Program-made: the position numbers and the translations under genes
Origin: a virus
Lineage: Duplodnaviria; Heunggongvirae; Uroviricota; Caudoviricetes
Virus record (IMG/VR): IMGVR_UViG_3300035670_007376
Coordinates: 18,905 to 82,904 of that record
Length of the DNA: 64,000 nt
Strand: one strand, 5' to 3'
Part shown: one piece after another, positions 47,818 through 56,870 of the stretch
How positions within the stretch are numbered: the first letter of the stretch is position 1
Layout of the letters: each line of letters opens with the position of its first letter
Notes under the pieces: model-generated
What the model saw: only the letters and a program-made list of their open reading frames with translations
The model's database searches: none
What the model was told of the DNA's origin: nothing

Positions 47818-48044
47818 AATTTGATTTGGATGAACTCGATGATAGAATGGCACATTTACGTGCTGTTAAATCACATGATATGGCAATTGCATTATGGGAA
47901 ATAACTCATAACACAAAAAAATCATTGGAGTGGGCGATGGAAGGAAAAGAAATTGACAAGTTTGATGCATTGGAAATGGTATATGAAAAGATATATGAAA
48001 TTTTAAATGAGCACAATGTCAATACGGATGAACTAATATATTAA
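47799..48044 (+). CDS. hypothetical protein
   Basis: 81-aa ORF. Confidence 0.4.
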   Translation: MAKATLEFDLDELDDRMAHLRAVKSHDMAIALWEITHNTKKSLEWAMEGKEIDKFDALEMVYEKIYEILNEHNVNTDELIY

Positions 48045-48056
48045 AATATTTATAAC

Positions 48057-48221
48057 ATGATTGAATTTTTAAAGAACAACCAAAAAAATATAACCACAGG
48101 TGCCGCCGCAGTGTTGTTATTAATTTGTTACTTCCAACAAAAGGAATTATCAAAACTTAGAAAAAACGTACAAATAAACAAAGAGATTAAAATCGATAAA
48201 AAAACAACCGATTCTCTTTTA
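48057..48221 (+). CDS. unannotated small ORF (54 aa; TM plus basic tail)
   Basis: Hand-translated MIEFLKNNQKNITTGAAAVLLLICYFQQKELSKLRKNVQINKRLKSIKKQPILF. Confidence 0.25.
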
Positions 48222-48237
48222 AATAAAATAAAATAAA

Positions 48238-48465
48238 ATGTCAAGATTAATTAAAGCATTGACTGCACAAGCAATTTCAGAAAAAGAACAGGCATTGATG
48301 TCATTAGAATTATTAACTGAAAAATCTGTAGGTATTGGTGACCATACAGCTAACGACTTTTTCAAAGACGGTGAAATCGCACTACAAAGATTGGTAGATG
48401 CAGAGGATAAACTTGAAATACTTAAGAAGTATTTTCCTGATGGTAAATTAAATGATTTGGTTTAA
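48238..48465 (+). CDS. hypothetical protein
   Basis: 75-aa ORF. Confidence 0.4.
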   Translation: MSRLIKALTAQAISEKEQALMSLELLTEKSVGIGDHTANDFFKDGEIALQRLVDAEDKLEILKKYFPDGKLNDLV

Positions 48466-48467
48466 TC

Positions 48468-48797
48468 ATGATTACAATTACTGACAGTGCGTTAGAACAC
48501 CTTAAAGAAGTAATGAAAGAAGAGGGTATCAGTAATGATACCCATTTTTTACGCGTAGGGGTTAAAGGTGGAGGTTGTAGTGGACTTTCCTATGTTATGG
48601 ATTTTGATGATGAAATAACCGAGATGGATGAAATCATTAACCTACCTGATTTAAAGGTGGTTATTGACAAAAAATCGGTTCTATATTTGTTCGGGACTGA
48701 GCTACAGTATTCTAGTGGGTTGAACGGTAAGGGGTTTCAATGGGTTAATCCCAATGCATCGAGAACATGTGGTTGCGGTGAAAGTTTCTCCCTTTAA
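48468..48797 (+). CDS. iscA: Fe-S cluster insertion protein (IscA/ErpA/HesB family)
   Basis: VKGGGCSGLSY with the C-terminal CGCGESF motif. 109 aa. Confidence 0.85.
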   Translation: MITITDSALEHLKEVMKEEGISNDTHFLRVGVKGGGCSGLSYVMDFDDEITEMDEIINLPDLKVVIDKKSVLYLFGTELQYSSGLNGKGFQWVNPNASRTCGCGESFSL

Positions 48798-48835
48798 ATT
48801 TTTTATTTCCGTTATTTTTTATTATATTTTATGTT

Positions 48836-49165
48836 ATGGTTAATATCATAACATACACACTATTCATATCAATTCTTTACTATTTTATTGGGGTAAGGAA
48901 GATATGGGACAAAATTACATTATTTAAATCCAAGGAATATTGGACAGATTATAATGTCATTGAGTTTTGTGCTTGGATGTCCAAGGCGATTATTATTGTA
49001 CCAAGTTTATTATTTGGTATTGAATTATGGTATCTACATTTTTTAACACTACTTACTTCATCACTATTGATTTGGGCAAGTATGAGAAAATCGTTACCAA
49101 CACTAATCGTATTCAATACATTATGGATTATCATATCTTTAACAATTATTTTAAAACACATTTAA
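48836..49165 (+). CDS. membrane protein
   Basis: 109 aa with three to four TM segments. Confidence 0.45.
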   Translation: MVNIITYTLFISILYYFIGVRKIWDKITLFKSKEYWTDYNVIEFCAWMSKAIIIVPSLLFGIELWYLHFLTLLTSSLLIWASMRKSLPTLIVFNTLWIIISLTIILKHI

Positions 49166-49175
49166 ATTTAAAACT

Positions 49176-49457
49176 ATGCCAGAATTTACAGCAGAAGTAG
49201 ACATTGACCCAAGTGAATTTATTGATTCTTGTACTAAAAGAGAAAGAGACCGATTAGTTGAAATACTAATTGAAGATGGTTACATCCAACCAGACCAAGA
49301 CAGTAAAAACGGTAACAATGGGGTTCGTAGACCAAACATTAACGACACAAGGTTTTGGGAGAGTCTTGACAAGTTAGCAAAATGTAGAGACCTCTTGTCA
49401 GTCGAGGAAGAGAACTATATTAATAATTTAGCCGATAGGTACAAACATTTAAGATGA
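49176..49457 (+). CDS. hypothetical protein
   Basis: 93-aa ORF. Confidence 0.4.
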   Translation: MPEFTAEVDIDPSEFIDSCTKRERDRLVEILIEDGYIQPDQDSKNGNNGVRRPNINDTRFWESLDKLAKCRDLLSVEEENYINNLADRYKHLR

Positions 49458-50137
49458 TTAAAATTGACCACCCTTTAGTTAAAGGGGTTGTAAAGGAAAT
49501 AAAACCAAAAATATATTGTGTCTTAATTGATGATGATTATGATAGGGCAATGTTATTTTGCCGATATCAAGAATATTATGAATCCCCACATAAAAAATTC
49601 AGAGGAAAATATTTTACGTGGATGGAGTACATGAGACATTACAAAGATTTTTGGAAAAAAAGAATTTTTACATATCCGGAGGATTGGTCAGGTTATAACA
49701 TCCCATCAAATATTTTACAACAGTCTCACCACATGTTTTGTGAAGAGACTGAGTATGATATTATCATGAATGACATTTATTGGTTCTGTGTTGGTGACAC
49801 ACAAGAAAAATATTGTGGAGAACGTGTAGATTGGTATTTAATTGGTGCAAGTAGTAAAGATTTAAAAACTATGGACCATGAGATTGCTCACGGTTTATAT
49901 TTTACTAATGATGATTATAGAAAATCTGTAAAGAAACTAATCAAAGACATAAAACCAACTCATTATGAGAAATTAAAAAAGAAATTAGTTAAAATGGGTT
50001 ATGTTAATGATAAGAAGATAATTGACGACGAGATTCAAGCATTTATGTCTACAGGTTTATATAATGGTTTGGACACCAAGGAATTAAAAAAATACGAAAA
50101 ACAATTTGTTGATAACTTCAAAAAATACAATAAGTGA
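49454..50137 (+). CDS. hypothetical protein with HExxH (MDHEIAHGLY) zinc-metallopeptidase-like motif
   Basis: Single HEIAH motif. No further family assignment. Confidence 0.35.
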   Translation: MIKIDHPLVKGVVKEIKPKIYCVLIDDDYDRAMLFCRYQEYYESPHKKFRGKYFTWMEYMRHYKDFWKKRIFTYPEDWSGYNIPSNILQQSHHMFCEETEYDIIMNDIYWFCVGDTQEKYCGERVDWYLIGASSKDLKTMDHEIAHGLYFTNDDYRKSVKKLIKDIKPTHYEKLKKKLVKMGYVNDKKIIDDEIQAFMSTGLYNGLDTKELKKYEKQFVDNFKKYNK

Positions 50138-50481
50138 GGTCATTTAAATTTTATAAAAATGAACACGGTTGGTTTGTTGATTTACCCGAATGGGAAGGTG
50201 AGGTTTGGGACTTACAAATGGTAATGGGTGCTGACACATTTTTAGATATTTTGTCACAAGGTGATGAAGTTGTTCATGTCACATTATCAACCACACCATT
50301 TGAGGGGTGTGATATTCTACATTACCAACACCAAGGAAGATTGGAAGGACCTGAATACGGTGAAGGTGCTTGGTACTTTCTAAATGAATATATGGGAATC
50401 TCAATGACATTAGAAGTGTGGTTATGTGATGTGACAAAATTTGTTTTTGGGGACTTCCCAATTAAAATTTATTTTAGATAG
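50134..50481 (+). CDS. hypothetical protein
   Basis: 115-aa ORF. Confidence 0.4.
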   Translation: MRSFKFYKNEHGWFVDLPEWEGEVWDLQMVMGADTFLDILSQGDEVVHVTLSTTPFEGCDILHYQHQGRLEGPEYGEGAWYFLNEYMGISMTLEVWLCDVTKFVFGDFPIKIYFR

Positions 50482-50511
50482 GGGTGTTAAAATAGTACAA
50501 TTTCGAGATAT

Positions 50512-50534
50512 ATATGTAATGTAAAATTACATAT
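50512..50534 (+). promoter_or_regulatory. inverted repeat ATATGTAAT-gtaaa-ATTACATAT, 2 nt upstream of the ATG at 50537
   Basis: Arms verified by reverse complement. A candidate operator or translational hairpin. Confidence 0.4.
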
Positions 50535-50536
50535 TA

Positions 50537-50962
50537 ATGCAAGAAGAGTTTGTACCTTATCACCAACATCTTTTAATGAAGATTTGGATTACTAATCCAC
50601 CTAAAGAAGTGGATGTACTCAACAAGTGGTTTGTTGATTTAGTTCATAAAGTTAAAATGGAAGTGGTTGGTGGACCAACCAGTGTCTATGTTGATTATCC
50701 TGGTAACGAAGGATTAACGGGAACAGTCACATTAGCAACATCACATTCCTCAATCCATATTTGGGACCATCAAAGTCCCGCAATGGCCCAATTTGACATC
50801 TACAGTTGTAAATGTTTCACTTTAAGTGATGTTTTAGAACAATTTGAACCTTGGGGTATTGTAAGTGTTGAGTGGGTAATGATTGATAGAAATGAAAGTC
50901 CAGTTATAACGTCAAGTGGTACTTGGACCCCACAATTGGAATATATTGATGAAATTTCATAA
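50537..50962 (+). CDS. S-adenosylmethionine decarboxylase-like protein (pyruvoyl-dependent SpeH/SpeD type)
   Basis: LATSHSSIHIWDHQSPAMAQFDIYSCKCF matches aESHisiHTWPE...vDvftCG (processing Ser in the SHSS block). 141 aa. Confidence 0.55.
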   Translation: MQEEFVPYHQHLLMKIWITNPPKEVDVLNKWFVDLVHKVKMEVVGGPTSVYVDYPGNEGLTGTVTLATSHSSIHIWDHQSPAMAQFDIYSCKCFTLSDVLEQFEPWGIVSVEWVMIDRNESPVITSSGTWTPQLEYIDEIS

Positions 50963-51266
50963 AAATATTTGGAATATTCATGAAGTACACGTAATTTCGT
51001 GGTTAGTAAAGGATATATTTTGGACATTGAAATGGAAATGGTTAGCAACCTTTATGGTGGTACCAACCCTGTTATTGGCATTTTACATTCTTTTAACCGA
51101 GAGAAAAGACCGTGACAGTAATGTTACGTTATTTTTTTGGTTACTTATGAACATAAGTTGGATGTTACACGAATTACAAAATTTCCCATATTATCCTGTC
51201 CAAGTCTTTATGTTCTTGGGGATTTTTAATACATTAATATTAATAATAAAAAGAAGAAAAAAATGA
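50949..51266 (+). CDS. membrane protein
   Basis: The track ORF starts with a GTG at 50916. An ATG at 50949 (MKFHKNIW...) is the more likely start. Two TM segments. Confidence 0.4.
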   Translation: MKFHKNIWNIHEVHVISWLVKDIFWTLKWKWLATFMVVPTLLLAFYILLTERKDRDSNVTLFFWLLMNISWMLHELQNFPYYPVQVFMFLGIFNTLILIIKRRKK

Positions 51267-51856
51267 AAGTAATTTTTCTTGACCACGACGGTGTTATATG
51301 TTTATCAACCGAGTGGGGTGGTAGACACAAAAAACAAAGAGAATTTGGGCGCAAAATGAGTCAAGGTATTTCGGAGATGCCTGTTGAAGTTCGGTTTGAT
51401 AATTTTAATAAGAAATCAATTAAGATATTAAATGAAATATTGGAAGAAACTAACGCTGAAATTGTTGTCTCATCTGATTGGAAAAGATGGGCGAGTGTTG
51501 AGGAGATGGGTGAGTATTATGAGTCACAGGGAATCAAAAAGAAACCAATAGGGTTTACACCTAATTTGGGTAACTGTACTTGGTACATCGATGCTTATCC
51601 TGCTGGTTTTGTTTGGTCTCGTGCTTGGGAATTAGAACAAACTAGATGTATTGAGATTAAACAATATCTTATAGACCATCCTGAAATTACACATTGGGTT
51701 TCGGTTGATGATTTGAGAATGGGAAAGAGTGGGTTAGACTATTCGGTTCCTTTTGAACATGAATGGGGTTTGGATAATTTTGTTGAAACTCCACGTAGTA
51801 CCGAAGGAATTAAACAAAGTGGAATTAAAGAAAAAATCTTAAACTTTTTATTATAA
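51263..51856 (+). CDS. HAD-like hydrolase / nucleotidase-like protein
   Basis: N-terminal VIFLDHDGVI (DxDG motif I). Confidence 0.4.
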   Translation: MKVIFLDHDGVICLSTEWGGRHKKQREFGRKMSQGISEMPVEVRFDNFNKKSIKILNEILEETNAEIVVSSDWKRWASVEEMGEYYESQGIKKKPIGFTPNLGNCTWYIDAYPAGFVWSRAWELEQTRCIEIKQYLIDHPEITHWVSVDDLRMGKSGLDYSVPFEHEWGLDNFVETPRSTEGIKQSGIKEKILNFLL

Positions 51857-52017
51857 TGGAATCAGTTTTAATAGGGATAATTATCTCATTCAGTTTTGCG
51901 GCATTAGTCTCATACTTTTGGGTAAGAGGTATTGATTATATGCATAAAAATCATCCTGATTATAAAGGTGACGACTTATTCGGTTTCGATGAAGACGATA
52001 AAGATAATCTTCTATGA
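51856..52017 (+). CDS. unannotated small membrane protein (53 aa)
   Basis: Hand-translated MESVLIGIIISFSFAALVSYFWVRGIDYMHKNHPDYKGDDLFGFDEDDKDNLL. Its start overlaps the upstream stop (TAATG) and its stop overlaps the downstream start (ATGA). Confidence 0.45.
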   Translation: MESVLIGIIISFSFAALVSYFWVRGIDYMHKNHPDYKGDDLFGFDEDDKDNLL

Positions 52018-52412
52018 AAAAGAAACCCGATTTAGTGGTGTGGGATGAAGAGAAAGGATATTACCAAAAAGAATTAACTTATGGTAGTAATGTTGGTGCA
52101 CCCGCAATTAAAATGGAAGATGTTGGTGGTTGGAAACAAGCACAAGCCAACATCGCTAACAAACAATTTAAAACAAGGTACGAAGAATTAAAAACCGAAT
52201 TTCAGAAACTAATAGATGAGGTAAATTGGAATGATTTGGTTTACACCTCAAAATATTCGTTTATACCTGTTATGGGGGAGACCTATCACTTGTATATAAA
52301 AAATGATGAGACCATGTTCTTATCACTAATATCCCCCGAACAGTGGAACCAAAAACACATTGGCTCCTTCCAATTGGATTCAACACAGAAGTGGATTAAA
52401 GTTGAAAAATAG
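52014..52412 (+). CDS. hypothetical protein
   Basis: 132-aa ORF. Confidence 0.45.
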   Translation: MKKKPDLVVWDEEKGYYQKELTYGSNVGAPAIKMEDVGGWKQAQANIANKQFKTRYEELKTEFQKLIDEVNWNDLVYTSKYSFIPVMGETYHLYIKNDETMFLSLISPEQWNQKHIGSFQLDSTQKWIKVEK

Positions 52413-52426
52413 TATATTTATAGTAT

Positions 52427-53878
52427 ATGAAAAAGTCACTTAGGGAAGAGTTAGAAAGAATGCTAACTATCACATACGGGGAAAAAGTAATTGAAGAACA
52501 AAACCTATTAAATAGAATATTGTCCGATATTGGTTTAGATAAAACTGAGAAGAAAGTTGACGACCCTAAGAAGGCCGATTTAGTATCATCAGATGTACAA
52601 GAGTTTTATGATAATTTAGAATCTATCGAAAGTCCAATATTCCAACAAAAATATGGTGGAATGGAATACCAAAAAGACGTCGAGTCAGTTCAAATTGGTT
52701 TAATTCTGTTAGGATATGAGTTACCAAGATTTGGTGTAGATGGTCTATTTGGTCCTGAGACTGCAAATGCAGTTAATAAATTCAAGACAGATAATAACAT
52801 TAAAGACGAAGAAGTTAGTGTTAATGAAAACATTAACGAAGTTGCATTAATAGCACCCGTATCAACACAAAAAGTAACATCAAATTACGGAGAAAAAAGA
52901 AGTTACGAAAGTCATCCCGGTGTAGATATTGCAGTACCTTCGGGAACAGAAATAAAGTCACCAGCAGATGGTAAAGTATTAGACGCACGTTTTAAAGCTG
53001 GAGCTTGTGGTGGTACAATTCAAATCGAACATGGAAATGGTTTTGTCAGTAGATATTGTCACTGTAAAGATATCAGAGTTTCGATTGGTGATATGGTTAA
53101 ACAAGGTGATGTTGTCGGTTTAACAGGTGGTGCGGCGAATGACAATGGTAAAGGTAACTCAAGAGGTGCACACTTACATTTCGAATTAAAGAAAAACGGT
53201 TCATTGGTGGACCCATTAGACTATATTGGGGCAGATGCTGGTACTTACGATTTAAGTAAGGAAGGTAGTTTAAAATCAAATATAACCCCACAGATGGTTG
53301 AGGTAATGGTTAATAAACTAAAAGAGAAGGGAGTAACATCTGAAGAACTTTCAAAATTAATTGACCAATCGACTAATAAATCAATATCGATAGACGGTAG
53401 TTGGGTTCAAATATCTAAAGAACTAATAATGAAGCACGAAACGTTTTCAGATAAGGCGTCTTGGGATGAAAATGCATATAGAGGTGGATATGGTTCTGGT
53501 AAAAAATTGGTTAATGGTCGTTTAGAAACTGTTACACAAAATACCACATGGACAAAACCCGAGGCTGAAGAAACTTTGGATTATGAAATAAAGAATTTCT
53601 ATGGACCAACCATTGCAAAACAACTTGGAGTTGCAAATTGGAATAAATTAAATGATAGACAAAAGGCATCCTTAGTGAGTCTTGGTTACAATGCGGGTCC
53701 ATATTATATAACGGCAAGAGGATACGGTAAACAAATTAAAAACGCCATCCAAAATGACGATATGGAATTGGCAGCAAGTTACATTGAAAAAGGACCAACT
53801 ACCGGTGCGGGTAGTGGTAAAGTCTATAGTGGGTTAGAAAAAAGAAGAAAAGAAGAGGCTCAAATATTTTTAGCCTAA
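52427..53878 (+). CDS. multidomain peptidoglycan hydrolase: PG-binding domain + M23 peptidase + GH24 lysozyme
   Basis: PG_binding_1-like QIGLILLGYELPRFGVDGLFGPETANAVNKFK. M23: HPGVDIAVPSGTEIKSPADG...GAHLHFEL. GH24: ETFSDKASWDENAYRGGYGSG...RQKASLVSLGYNAG. Confidence 0.8.
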   Translation: MKKSLREELERMLTITYGEKVIEEQNLLNRILSDIGLDKTEKKVDDPKKADLVSSDVQEFYDNLESIESPIFQQKYGGMEYQKDVESVQIGLILLGYELPRFGVDGLFGPETANAVNKFKTDNNIKDEEVSVNENINEVALIAPVSTQKVTSNYGEKRSYESHPGVDIAVPSGTEIKSPADGKVLDARFKAGACGGTIQIEHGNGFVSRYCHCKDIRVSIGDMVKQGDVVGLTGGAANDNGKGNSRGAHLHFELKKNGSLVDPLDYIGADAGTYDLSKEGSLKSNITPQMVEVMVNKLKEKGVTSEELSKLIDQSTNKSISIDGSWVQISKELIMKHETFSDKASWDENAYRGGYGSGKKLVNGRLETVTQNTTWTKPEAEETLDYEIKNFYGPTIAKQLGVANWNKLNDRQKASLVSLGYNAGPYYITARGYGKQIKNAIQNDDMELAASYIEKGPTTGAGSGKVYSGLEKRRKEEAQIFLA

Positions 53879-53882
53879 TATT

Positions 53883-53913
53883 TTTGTTTTTTAGTATATA
53901 TTGATTATTTTTG
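53883..53913 (+). promoter_or_regulatory. Bacteroidetes-type promoter TTTG-19nt-TATTTTTG
   Basis: TTTG at 53883..53886, 19-nt spacer, TATTTTTG at 53906..53913. A second overlapping TATTTTTG lies at 53879..53886. Confidence 0.5.
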
Positions 53914-53923
53914 AAATAAAAAG

Positions 53924-54385
53924 ATGAATATATTTTATTTAGATGGTGACCCCACAAAATGTGCAAGATATCATAACGACAAACATGTTGTGAAAATGAT
54001 ACTCGAAACCGCACAACTTTTATGTGGTGTACATTGGACAATCGGTTCTGAAGCTCCCTATAAATTATCACACAAAAATCATCCCTGTTCTATATGGGTC
54101 AGAAGTTCTTTAGAGAACTATCTGTGGTTATGTGAATTAGGATTAGAATTATGTCAAGAATACACTTATAGGTATGGTAAGAAACACAAATCACAACAGG
54201 TTATTGAGTGGTGTATTGTGAATAAACCTAATATACCTGATAAACCATTCAACGAACCCCCCAAAGCAATGCCTGATGAATTTAAAGTGGGTAATGTGAC
54301 CCAATCATATAGAAATTATTATATGGGGGCCAAGAAAGATTTCTGTAATTGGAAAAACAGGGAGACACCTAATTGGTTTTGTTGA
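53924..54385 (+). CDS. conserved hypothetical protein (family not identified)
   Basis: 153 aa, MNIFYLDGDPTKCARYHNDKHVVKMILETAQLL. Confidence 0.45.
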   Translation: MNIFYLDGDPTKCARYHNDKHVVKMILETAQLLCGVHWTIGSEAPYKLSHKNHPCSIWVRSSLENYLWLCELGLELCQEYTYRYGKKHKSQQVIEWCIVNKPNIPDKPFNEPPKAMPDEFKVGNVTQSYRNYYMGAKKDFCNWKNRETPNWFC

Positions 54386-54410
54386 TATTTATATAAAAAT
54401 ATACTCGGTA

Positions 54411-55898
54411 ATGGAATTTAGTAAAGAACAATTCATTAAAATAATGTCCGAAAATTACATCTCAGATTTAGATGAGATGGGGAAATTTTGGGATAAACAA
54501 AACCCAATAAGTAGACCAATCAAAGATGATGAAGGTAATCTTATCGGTCATGATATGAGAGTGGACCCATTTGATGATAATAGTCCAAGGGTTAACGTAA
54601 TTTTCACCTGTGATATTCAAGAATTTATTAATTCTCATCCTGATTTAGTTGCGAAATTAAAGGAACAATACGGTAATATTAAATGGACTGACGATGTTTG
54701 TCCAAAATATAATCCACATAAAAAGAAAAGAGCGTACCAACCTATTCCTGGGGCTGAAGACCAGTCATCGGACATCAAGAAAAGAACGGCACAAGATGCG
54801 TCAACAGGTGAGAAATTAGTTGGTTCGGCTAGAATCAAGAGATTCTTCCTAAACTATCTTAGAAACAATTTAACAAGGTCTGAAGATAACTTCAATAAAG
54901 AGTTAAGTAAAAGAAGTATTCCTGCTATTGTATTGGACGATAGAAAATATTTCGATAGACATAATGATGTTTGGACTAATGATAAAGTAGAATTTAGAAT
55001 CACCGCGTTTAACACATACGAAAGTGGTAAAGACTTCTTACAAAAAGTAGCAAACAGAATTAGCGGTAAAACAGAAGAGAATCAAGATACCGAACACTTA
55101 GCGAGACAATGGAATAACATTTATCGTAATTGGGAAGAAACGAGAAAGAGTGATAAGTTATACCAAGGTAAAACGGATGTATTTGGTCTCGATGTAAAGG
55201 GATTTAAAGAAGGTAATTTCGACGTATCAATGAAAATGATATTAGAAATTAAAGGTGAGAAAATTGGAGAATCTTTTATATGGACAGTATCAATGGTTAA
55301 TAAATTTGGTAGAAAGAGACCTGACGAATATAGAATTTCAGGACAATTAAAACCGATTGAATTAGTACCTGGTGGTTACTTAGATGAGAAGAAATTAGTT
55401 AAAAGTGTTTCAGTACCATTGGAACCAAACGAATCTTTTACACCTGAAAACACCATCATGGATGATGAAAATGTTGTAAAAGGGTTAATTGATGTGATTA
55501 ACGAATTCAAATCAATGATTATAGATATTTCACCTAAAACAGCTTTAAAATATGCAACACTTAAAAGGTCTGATGTTGAGAGAGTTGATGAAAACAAGGA
55601 AATTAAAAATGTCGTAAAAGATATTATAATGGAAGTTAAAAAAGGTTATCAAATTTACCACAAATCATACACATCTGCAATTAATGCGGCATTAGAATAC
55701 GCCGAAAGTAGGGGTTATACGTATGATAAAGAAGAGACTGCTAGTGAAATTGGAATGGGGCCTAAAAAACCATCTGATGGAAAAACTAACAGGTTCAGAA
55801 TTGGGTTAAAAAAAGATGATAAAGAACAAAGAAAGTCACTACACATTCAAGTTTACGGTATGGGTGATAAATACGAATTAAATACATACATTAATTAA
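54411..55898 (+). CDS. hypothetical protein
   Basis: 495-aa ORF followed by a terminator. Confidence 0.5.
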   Translation: MEFSKEQFIKIMSENYISDLDEMGKFWDKQNPISRPIKDDEGNLIGHDMRVDPFDDNSPRVNVIFTCDIQEFINSHPDLVAKLKEQYGNIKWTDDVCPKYNPHKKKRAYQPIPGAEDQSSDIKKRTAQDASTGEKLVGSARIKRFFLNYLRNNLTRSEDNFNKELSKRSIPAIVLDDRKYFDRHNDVWTNDKVEFRITAFNTYESGKDFLQKVANRISGKTEENQDTEHLARQWNNIYRNWEETRKSDKLYQGKTDVFGLDVKGFKEGNFDVSMKMILEIKGEKIGESFIWTVSMVNKFGRKRPDEYRISGQLKPIELVPGGYLDEKKLVKSVSVPLEPNESFTPENTIMDDENVVKGLIDVINEFKSMIIDISPKTALKYATLKRSDVERVDENKEIKNVVKDIIMEVKKGYQIYHKSYTSAINAALEYAESRGYTYDKEETASEIGMGPKKPSDGKTNRFRIGLKKDDKEQRKSLHIQVYGMGDKYELNTYIN

Positions 55899-55901
55899 CC
55901 T

Positions 55902-55924
55902 ATCTATGGATAGTATCCATAGAT
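55902..55924 (+). promoter_or_regulatory. inverted repeat ATCTATGGATA-g-TATCCATAGAT
   Basis: 11-bp arms with a 1-nt centre, directly after the stop. No T-run. Confidence 0.35.
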
Positions 55925-55947
55925 TGACCTAAGTTAGGTTTAAGTTA

Positions 55948-55980
55948 AATCCTCAAAGAAATTTGAGGATTTTTTTTTCC
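55948..55980 (+). terminator. rho-independent terminator
   Basis: AATCCTCAAA-gaaa-TTTGAGGATT stem followed by TTTTTTT. Confidence 0.7.
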
Positions 55981-56012
55981 ATTTTTTTTCCTTATATTAT
56001 TAATCATAAAGA

Positions 56013-56870
56013 ATGGAAATATACAACAACATTAAAGACGGGGTCACGGTGGAGGATGTCAAAAGAATATTTGGCAACAAAGATAATGCTATTGATTATC
56101 TAACAACTTTGGGTGATTGGACGTATAGTACATTAAAATCAGAATCCCCTAATATTGTTTACGATAAGGTTTGTGAGAAGTGGGATTATGATATTGCAAA
56201 AATGGCGGTTAGACACATCTCTAAAAAAACAAAATACAGTTTATCAGAATATGAAAAAAATAGTGAACTGTATGAAAATGTCAGAAACGTTATTAAGAAT
56301 GAATACGATGGTAACAAAGATTGGGCGTTTAATGTAACAACCTACGATATAAAACTAACAAGTACGATTAGAAAGTATGGTAATGTTTCAGATGGTTTAA
56401 ATAAACATTTATCAGATGTTAAGAAAAATTATATGATTAAGTCATATAATATCTATCGTTCGTTTTTATATGAATACTACATAGTTAAACACCATGACAA
56501 CATATTACCAACACTATCAAATAATAATGGTGTTGATTTTTATTATGACGGTAAGAAATTTGATTTAAAAAATACAAGTAGTGTAACCGAAAAATTTAAA
56601 ATTGACCACGGTGATAAATGGATGAGGGACGCTTTAAACAACCCTAAAACCGTTGCGAAGTATTTGTATGAGAATCAAAATGAAAATAGATTCGGATTCA
56701 ACCCAAGAATATTTGTTGTTGAGTTAGAAGGTAATATTCAAACGTTGGAACAAATTGAGAATGATTGTAGAAATTTAAATTTTGGTAGTTTACACAAAAT
56801 TGATTTCGATTACATGATAAATGGAACTAAAGAAAATTTCACAACTGAATCATTAGTTGTATTTGTTTAA
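56013..56870 (+). CDS. hypothetical protein abutting the Dam-like MTase (candidate restriction/effector partner)
   Basis: 285 aa. Its stop and the next ATG abut (TAAATG). There is a weak PD-(D/E)xK-like segment (KDWAFNVTTYDIKL). Confidence 0.35.
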   Translation: MEIYNNIKDGVTVEDVKRIFGNKDNAIDYLTTLGDWTYSTLKSESPNIVYDKVCEKWDYDIAKMAVRHISKKTKYSLSEYEKNSELYENVRNVIKNEYDGNKDWAFNVTTYDIKLTSTIRKYGNVSDGLNKHLSDVKKNYMIKSYNIYRSFLYEYYIVKHHDNILPTLSNNNGVDFYYDGKKFDLKNTSSVTEKFKIDHGDKWMRDALNNPKTVAKYLYENQNENRFGFNPRIFVVELEGNIQTLEQIENDCRNLNFGSLHKIDFDYMINGTKENFTTESLVVFV

